Shown here: piece after piece, positions 62,309 through 64,000 of the stretch
Layout: each line of letters opens with the position of its first letter
Numbering within the stretch: the stretch's first letter is position 1
NCBI RefSeq assembly: GCF_006345805.1
Contig: NC_043017.1
Span: 18,662,001-18,726,000, forward strand
DNA length: 64,000 nt
Source: Octopus sinensis
Lineage: Eukaryota
Reading direction: 5' to 3'
The notes under the pieces: generated by a model
What the model saw: the letters and a program-made list of their open reading frames with translations, nothing else
What the model was told of the DNA's origin: nothing
Databases searched by the model: none
Translations under genes and position numbers: made by a program

Positions 62309-64000
62309 TAGCTGTTGTAAATCAGTCTCTGAAAAAAAGATACTTCACTAAACATGTAGCTATTCAAACAGATCATCAACTGTAACAATATTAAAATTCA
62401 GCTTGTGGTAAATACAATGATGCATGTGTAAAATAAAAATTTTATTCATTAGATTAATTATTTCCTTTTTGTTTTTGTTGTTATAATGTTCTGAACGTTG
62501 ATAGTTTACTGAAATAATTGAGTGGTTTTATCAATTTAAAGCTTGTGCACCATATATTGGTAAATATCAATATTGATACTTTCTTAGTATAAATAAATAT
62601 ACAATTGATTTCTAATATTGATATAAGAATGCATACTTTGGAGAAGTTCAGGGTGTCGTATATATGTATATATATGTATGTGTTTGTCCCCCTAGCATTG
62701 CTTGACAACCGTCACTTAGCGGTTCAGCAAAAGAGACCGATAGAATAAGTACTGGGCTTACAAAGAATAAGTCCCATGGTCGATTTGCTCGACTAAAGGC
62801 GGTGCTCCAGCATGGCTGCAGTCAAATTACTGAAACAAGTAAAAGAGTATATTAAATTCATTTCAGTATTTAACAAGTAGTTATTTTATAAAACCAAGGA
62901 ATATCATCATCATTATCATTTAATGTCCCTTTTTCTATGCTGGTAAGGGTTGGACAGTTTGACAAAAACAGACGAACTAGAGGGCTCTGCCAGGTTCTAT
63001 GTCTGCTTTGGTACGGCTTCTACAGTTGGAAGCCCTTCTCAAGACCAGCCACATAACAGTGTACTGGCACAGGTGAGCCCACCAAGTACCCACAAGACTC
63101 AACTGATCAGGGTATAAGAGTGGAGGAATAAGAAACTATGATTGAAGGAGAGGTCTTGCTGAAAAGGGGAATATATGGCTTGCTCACCTGGAAAGTGTGA
63201 AAGAGGTGTGAGGTCCAGGTACATCATTAATCGTTTCCATGCTTTTGCAGCACGTTGATGAACTACAATGAAAGTCTTCCTGATTAAGCACGAGTTCTCC
63301 CACTGGGTGAAGCCATAGTATTACTTCATTCTGATTTTGCCATAGCCATCATCATCATCGTTTAATGTCTGTTTTCCGTGCTAGCATGGGTTGGACAGTT
63401 CGACTGGGGTCTGGGAAGCCAGGGGGCTGCACCAGGCTCCAGTCTGATCTGGCAGTGTTTCTACAGCTGGATGCCCTTCCTAACACCAACCACTCCGTAA
63501 GTGTAGTGGGTGTTTTATACGTGCCACCAGAGTCACTCGTAAACAGAGCTGGATAACAAAACCATTCCCTCTTTAGTGTCCACCCATAATTATGACCCTA
63601 GTATCGATCTATTGCATTTCAATCTGTTTTAGGGTTAGGGGTGGGGGGAAGGGTATCTTTTTTTCTTCAGAAATGTAAATAAACCCAATCTGTTTCTTAA
63701 ACGAATATGTAATATGTGTATCTGTGCAACAGAGAGGAAAATTAAAACTGCATATGTTGTGAACTTAGAATATGTGTTTATTAATAAAAGTTTAATAACG
63801 ATAATCTTTTATTCATACGAACGTAACTGATATGAAATATGTCATAAATAGCAGGGACATTTTCATATGACATCGCAAAAAATTGTTGACAGACTTCGGC
63901 AGATATTGTTTTCACCTCAATAGACGTCACTGATTGGTTGAAATTGCCAAAATACAAGAAATTAAACAACAAATATGTTACAAACTACAGAATTTTCTCA

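Noticed and set aside
63622-63645. TTAGGGTTAGGG telomere-like sequence, also CCCTAAC at 44360 and 49980
   Set aside because: Only one or two units, embedded in dispersed repeats; not a telomeric array.

Overview
AT-rich, microsatellite- and SINE-dense animal genomic DNA. It is most likely from a coleoid cephalopod (Octopus-like), inferred from the SINE families and the tandem single-coding-exon C2H2 zinc-finger genes. The left half (1-33.3 kb) holds the 5' part of an ABCC1/MRP-type ABC transporter gene on the minus strand. I assembled it by hand from 8 coding exons whose intron phases (0,0,0,0,0,2,2,2) match human ABCC1; intron 1 is about 24.4 kb and the gene runs off the left edge. The right half (43-62 kb) holds three paralogous plus-strand C2H2 zinc-finger genes with related promoters and splice sites. 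A further copy of that promoter sits upstream of a transposase-derived helix-turn-helix ORF instead of a zinc-finger exon. The rest is fragments of Penelope-like, RTE, CR1, Tx1/L1, CRE, Gypsy, mariner/maT, hAT, piggyBac-type and Helitron elements, plus a 1530-bp tandem duplication and many local foldback repeats. The most notable unannotated signal is about a dozen hammerhead-ribozyme motifs from several Penelope terminal-repeat families. These include a U3-A8 compensated core variant, a perfect two-ribozyme palindrome, and a tRNA-head plus hammerhead composite that looks like a Penelope-dependent SINE. All calls were made by eye; no searches or folding programs were run.
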